From contig OZ024747.1 of assembly GCA_964016885.1 (NCBI GenBank), forward strand, positions 11,904,001 through 11,968,000: DNA of 64,000 bases, in the 5' to 3' direction. The notes below the pieces were generated by a model. The model had not been told where the DNA came from and searched no databases. It was given only the letters and a program-made list of their open reading frames with translations. Below, piece by piece: positions 58,306 through 64,000 of this stretch; within the stretch, counting starts at the first letter, position 1; the number at the start of each line of letters is the position of its first letter. The stretch is from Eledone cirrhosa (lineage: Eukaryota). A program made the translations under genes and the position numbers.

Positions 58306-58526
58306 ATTATGGTTTTATAAATATAGTTTCCATTTATTAATATATTGTATATTTACTCCAGTAATCTGTTGAGTGCTCTATATCAGTTATAAACTTTTAA
58401 GTTTGTTGGAATCCCAACAAATTAAATATAACTTATATATATATATGTTGTTGTTACAGCTCACACCTATACAGGTTTAGCTGGCCTCCTCCAAGGTATA
58501 TCTCGTTGGAGGTGTCTTGGGTGATT

Positions 58527-58693
58527 TAATGATAGGGACCCCAGTCCCTATCATCTCATTTCTACAGCTGAGTAAACTGGAGTAACGTGAAAATAAAGTG
58601 TCTTGCTCAAGGAAACAACACATCACCCGGTCCAAGAATTGAACTCACAACCTTTTGATTGCAAGCCCAATGCTCTAACCACTAAGCCATGTG
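58527..58693 (-). mobile_element. SINE family B head and centre
   Basis: Matches 24200-24362. Confidence 0.8.
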
Positions 58694-59097
58694 CCTTCAC
58701 ATACACACACTCACACACACGCACACACATACCACAGACAATGCACCCAAACCATAGTGATCTCCAGGGGTTAACTGAGGAGATGTGACTGTCTGTTTTT
58801 CTGTTGTTGTTCCATTGTCTTTGTCCTGTGCATGCCCTGTTTTGAATGTCTTGTGCATATGATCTGTATTTTGGCTTGGCATCTACAGCTGGATGTTGTC
58901 TCCCAACCTGCTAGAAATAGCAGTCAGGTTGGTTAGCATACCTGGGATGATCTTCTTCTTTGATGTTATAAAATTAGTATCAATAAACCTTCCTGGATAT
59001 ACTCTTATTTCATTGCTGTACTTTCTTTTCAGTTGTCACTTTTTGTTTTTGTGGTGTGCGAAGACACCAACCAACCAACCAGCATCTCTCTTTTATA

Positions 59098-60352
59098 TTA
59101 TCATCATCATCATCATCATCGTTTAACGTCCATGTTCCACGCTTGCATGGGTTTGGACGGGAGTTTTCCCACTTGAGGCAAGAGTGGTTGTCTTGCTCGC
59201 ATAGGACTATCTGGCGGGTTTTCTACAGCTGGATGCCCTTCCTAACACCAACCACATTTACAGTGTGGGACTGGGAGGTTTTTACCGTGTTGCCTACACG
59301 GCCACATTACAGCGTGGACTGTGTGTTTTTTTGTCGTGACACCTACACGATCTCATTTGTTTCGGCCTGGATGTTGTTGCACCAACATAACTTTACATTG
59401 AAAGGGGCGGTGTGGATGGGGTGGGGGTGGTGGGACGGGGGTGTGTTTTGTTAGAGATGCCTACTGACTGTAGTAGGTTTTACTTTGTATTCAGGTAAGG
59501 CGGGTCTTCTCTATTACTGAGTACCGCCAAAGATCTCGGTCCAGTGACATTGTCTTGGAGAGGTGTAAGTGTGTGAGGTCGGAATTTATCAGGTCGTCCC
59601 AGGTTTTTCTGGGTCTGCCTACTCCGTGGCTACCGTCTATCTTTATTGCCCTGCACTTTGTTATACAGCTGTCGTCTTTCATGCGCATCACGTGACCATA
59701 CCAACGTAGCCTTCTCTCGACTAAACAACATCTGATCCCTCTTATTTCTAATGTTTCCCTTAGTTCGTTTATGCTTTGCTGTTCGCGTATATTACTATTA
59801 CACATCCAGCGGAGCATGCAAGCTTCGTTCCTCTCTAGTCTGCGTATATCCTCTGCACACAATGCCCAGGTCTCACTGCCATGCAACATTGCTGTTCGTA
59901 TGCCGGCATCATACAGCCTGCCTTTCATTTTTAGGGAGAACCCTTTAGCGGCTAATAGTGGTATAAGCTCTCTGAACTTTTTCCATCCAGTTCTAACTCT
60001 AGCTACTGTACTTTCAGAGCACCCTTCCTCACTGCTGATTTTGTCACCCAGGTAACGGAAGCTGTCCACTATTTCTATAGAACCCTCTGCGCAATTGAAA
60101 GAGCTAGTATTTTGTGGGCACTTGCTGCTACTTATTGCACCAGAGCACCGGCCACATGTAAAATCTATGTTCTTAGTTAGCTTACCTGTGATCCCACTAC
60201 ATCTTTTATGCACCCATACTTTGCATTTGGGACATAAAATGGAGTTTCTACCTACGCCTTTCCTACACACTGAGCATGGTCATTTCCCGGAAGGGACCGG
60301 CGCCTTATTTTCTTTCCTACAAACTAGAACTTTAGTCTTAACCAGGTTAAAT
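59098..60352 (-). mobile_element. 5'-truncated RTE-clade LINE (ORF C-terminal part, 3' UTR, (ATG)n tail)
   Basis: ORF 59491..60270 is uninterrupted: Cys-rich CRKGVGRNSILCPKCKVWVHKRCSG, VDSFRYLGD, ARVRTGWKKFREL, YDAGIRTAMLHGSETW, RLRWYGHVMR, GRPRKTW. Confidence 0.92.
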
Positions 60353-60495
60353 ATTATATAAAGATTTATTTAATATTAGCACAGATTAAAAGTTTAAACA
60401 AACAATTTCTGCTTTGACATATGTATTGTATGTGTGTGTGTGTGCTTTGTTATGTATATATGAATGTGCAAATGTGCATGTTTCTCTGTGTGTAT

Positions 60496-60537
<42 letters not shown>

Positions 60538-60789
60538 GTGTGAAATTAACATCAAAGACTCTGCAACTACCACAAATTGGTAGTGTATGTCATGGGTGGG
60601 AAGGATGATGAGGAGGAGGGTAGTTGTCATGGTGATGATGTTCATGTTATTGGAATGGTGAGGGTGTTGATGATGATGAGTGTGGTGATGGAGCTGGTGG
60701 CGATTATAGCAACAAGTCGTAGAATTTTTTTTATTGTGGGAGACACTTCCACATACAGACACATATCACATATGCATAGACACACACAT

Positions 60790-61684
<895 letters not shown>

Positions 61685-62343
61685 CTGACATTTACAACAC
61701 AAACACCATCAGAAACTATTGACCTTTGACATACATCACAACCACCACCATCACTACCACCATTACCAATACTTCCGTCACCCCCACCAATACTACTACC
61801 ACCACCACCACCAACAACACCCTACCACTATCTTTACCAATACTACCATCACCGATACTACTATCACCAGCACCACCATCACCAGCACCACCATCATCGC
61901 TACCACCATCACCACTACTACCATCACCACTACTACCATCACCAGCACCACCATCATCGCTATCGCCATCACCACTACTACCATCACCAGCACCGCCATC
62001 ACCACTACTACCATCACCAGCACCTCCATCTCTGCCACCACTACCACCAATACTACTACAAACAACAAGACCCCCCACCACTATCATTACTGAGTGCTGA
62101 GACCACCAATATTACCACCATCACCAATACTACCACTATACCATCAATACTACCACCACCACCACCACCACCAATACCACCACCATTACTGGCACCACTA
62201 CAATTGACACTTGCTAGAAATGATAAAAAATGAAATGAGCTGATCATCAGATCAGATTAAAGAAATGATGTTTCTATTGATCTTCCCATTGCTGATACTA
62301 TCTATCAATCACAACTCCTGGCAAAAGAAGCAATGTGAAATAA

Positions 62344-62520
62344 ATGTTTCTACTTTCGGCACAAGGCCAGCAATTACCCAGTACATTACTGGTACTTTAT
62401 TTTATCGACCCCGTAAGGATGAAAGGCAAAGTTAACCTCGGCGGGATTTGAACTCAGATCATAAAGGGACGTAACTCTATGCTTCAAAGCATGGCGTCCG
62501 ACTCTCTACTGATACTGCCA
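62344..62520 (-). mobile_element. SINE family A
   Basis: Reverse complement of consensus. Confidence 0.88.
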
Positions 62521-62699
62521 GTGAAATAAAGTATTTTGTTCAGCAACACAACTGCTTGTTACAGGAATTCAACCCACAACAGCAGCCACTATGAAAAATT
62601 GAACTCTGTACCTCCCACTGCATCTTTTGTGTACCCAAGATTTACATTGTGTACAGTGTATAGAGTTTATGCCTACTTTTGTTTCTACATATTGAGCAG

Positions 62700-63156
62700 G
62701 GCCACTTCCCTGAAGGAATCAGGGTCCTATCTTCTTTCCTACTTTAGTTTTGGCTAAGTACACTTCCTGCTATTTTGGATTCAAAATTCTGTTTCCGTAA
62801 TCAGAATTTATTCTTTAGTTCTTTTATGGATCCAGCTGTAAGGACCAGATCATCTGCATAGAGAAGTTCCCATGAACAGTCAGTATTAAACTCCCCTCTA
62901 TTATGGCTTGGAGAACTATGATGAACAGCAGAGGACTAAGAGCTGAACCTTATTGTACCTTGAATTCCTTGCTAAACTCATTCCCTACTCTCACTTTATT
63001 AACATGTTCCTCTGTACATGGCACTGCTCTCACAAGCCATTATTCTATGCCTAATTTGTATAAGGATCACAAGATAAGTGTCAAAGGCCCTTTCTAGATC
63101 AACAAAAGCTAGATATAGCAGCTTTTTCTTGGCTAGGAACTTCTCTTGTAGTTGTC

Positions 63157-63161
<5 letters not shown>
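62700..63161 (-). mobile_element. Decayed RTE RT fragment
   Basis: VRQLQEKFLAKKKLLYLAFVDLERAFD, and catgggaacttctctatgcagatgatc encoding WELLYADDL. Confidence 0.8.
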
Positions 63162-63202
<41 letters not shown>

Positions 63203-63378
63203 GAAATATGTATGCATATGAGTATGCATATATATGTATAGTGGTAAAAAATCAGGAGGTTATATCTGTAGTGAGTAGAGCACTCAGTCCAGAGAATGCT
63301 TTCTCGAGTATGGTTTGCTAATTTGTTGGGGAACTAACTCTCTCTCTCTATATATATATATATGTATATATGTGTGTG

Positions 63379-63575
63379 TTGAAGAGGTAAAATCCCAAAG
63401 GCAAGCCCAGCCGTTTCAACTTGTTTCTAGAAGTTTTCTCAAAGGTAAACAAGTTAAAGATACTGGGTTTACCTTTGTGTATTTTACTCCTCCAATATAC
63501 CCTCTCAGCATCTCATCATGCATTGAGTACTACCCTGATTTGGGGTCGTCTCAGTCTTCACACTATAGTCAACTA
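63379..63575 (+). mobile_element. Old, diverged fold-back element
   Basis: Imperfect inverted arms (~63379-63427 and ~63448-63495), the left containing gccGTTTC (GAAAC on the minus strand). Tail bulged stem at 63504-63530, then (TA)n. Confidence 0.5.
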
Positions 63576-63732
63576 TATATATATATATGTGTTTGTGTGT
63601 GTATGTATGTATTATCATCATTTAACGGTCAAATTTCCATGCTTGCATCGGATATATATAAATAAATGTAATCTGAGTTTTTCAAATATTAATTATAATA
63701 TTAGATTCGTTTGCAATTATGCAAACAGCCTC

Positions 63733-63763
<31 letters not shown>

Positions 63764-63957
63764 TTAATACATTAACAGAGAAAGCTTTAATCAATACTCC
63801 GACCGGCTTCCGTCTCACTCAAACATTAGGATATACCTTAGTATAATCCCAATTATACGTTTGGGGTGCTAACTATACGTATTTTGCGGATAGCCAGTTG
63901 TATTATTTTATATGAGACATAATCAAAATACATCTCTTATATATATATATATATCGC

Positions 63958-63989
<32 letters not shown>

Positions 63990-64000
63990 GTGTGTGTGTG

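Larger units (their letters stand above)
57997..58440 (+). mobile_element. Large fold-back Penelope-like element (~177-bp arms) plus tail
   Basis: Palindrome 57997-58352 centred at 58174-58175 with two mismatches. Tail bulged stem at 58354-58376. (TA)-rich flanks. Confidence 0.75.

Noticed and set aside
63797-63832. Eroded hammerhead on the minus strand (ctaatg...gaagccggtcggag)
   Set aside because: Both core boxes are mutated and stem II is absent; too degenerate to call.

Overview
AT-rich, very repeat-dense eukaryotic DNA with no convincing cellular protein-coding gene. Almost all long ORFs in the track are microsatellite or minisatellite artefacts. The SINE families and the (TA)n/(CA)n load resemble an octopod cephalopod genome (inference). 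The window holds two tRNA-derived SINE families in many copies, decayed non-LTR retrotransposon fragments (Tx1/L1, two CRE-type, several RTE, two CR1), small mariner-like MITEs and about 20 minisatellite arrays, several seeded inside SINEs or LINEs. The most notable signal is a set of short elements from several different families embedded in (TA)n and sharing one architecture: an inverted partial copy (fold-back palindrome), a minimal type I hammerhead ribozyme or its GAAAC half, and a 3' tail carrying a covarying stem with a 2-nt bulge (RCTC-stem-loop-stem-TW-GAGYRC). This fits non-autonomous Penelope-like or retrozyme-like elements. The fold-back apex often lies at the presumed hammerhead stem II. 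I do not recognise the 3' bulged stem as a described motif. All alignments and folds were done by eye; coordinates of degenerate features are approximate.
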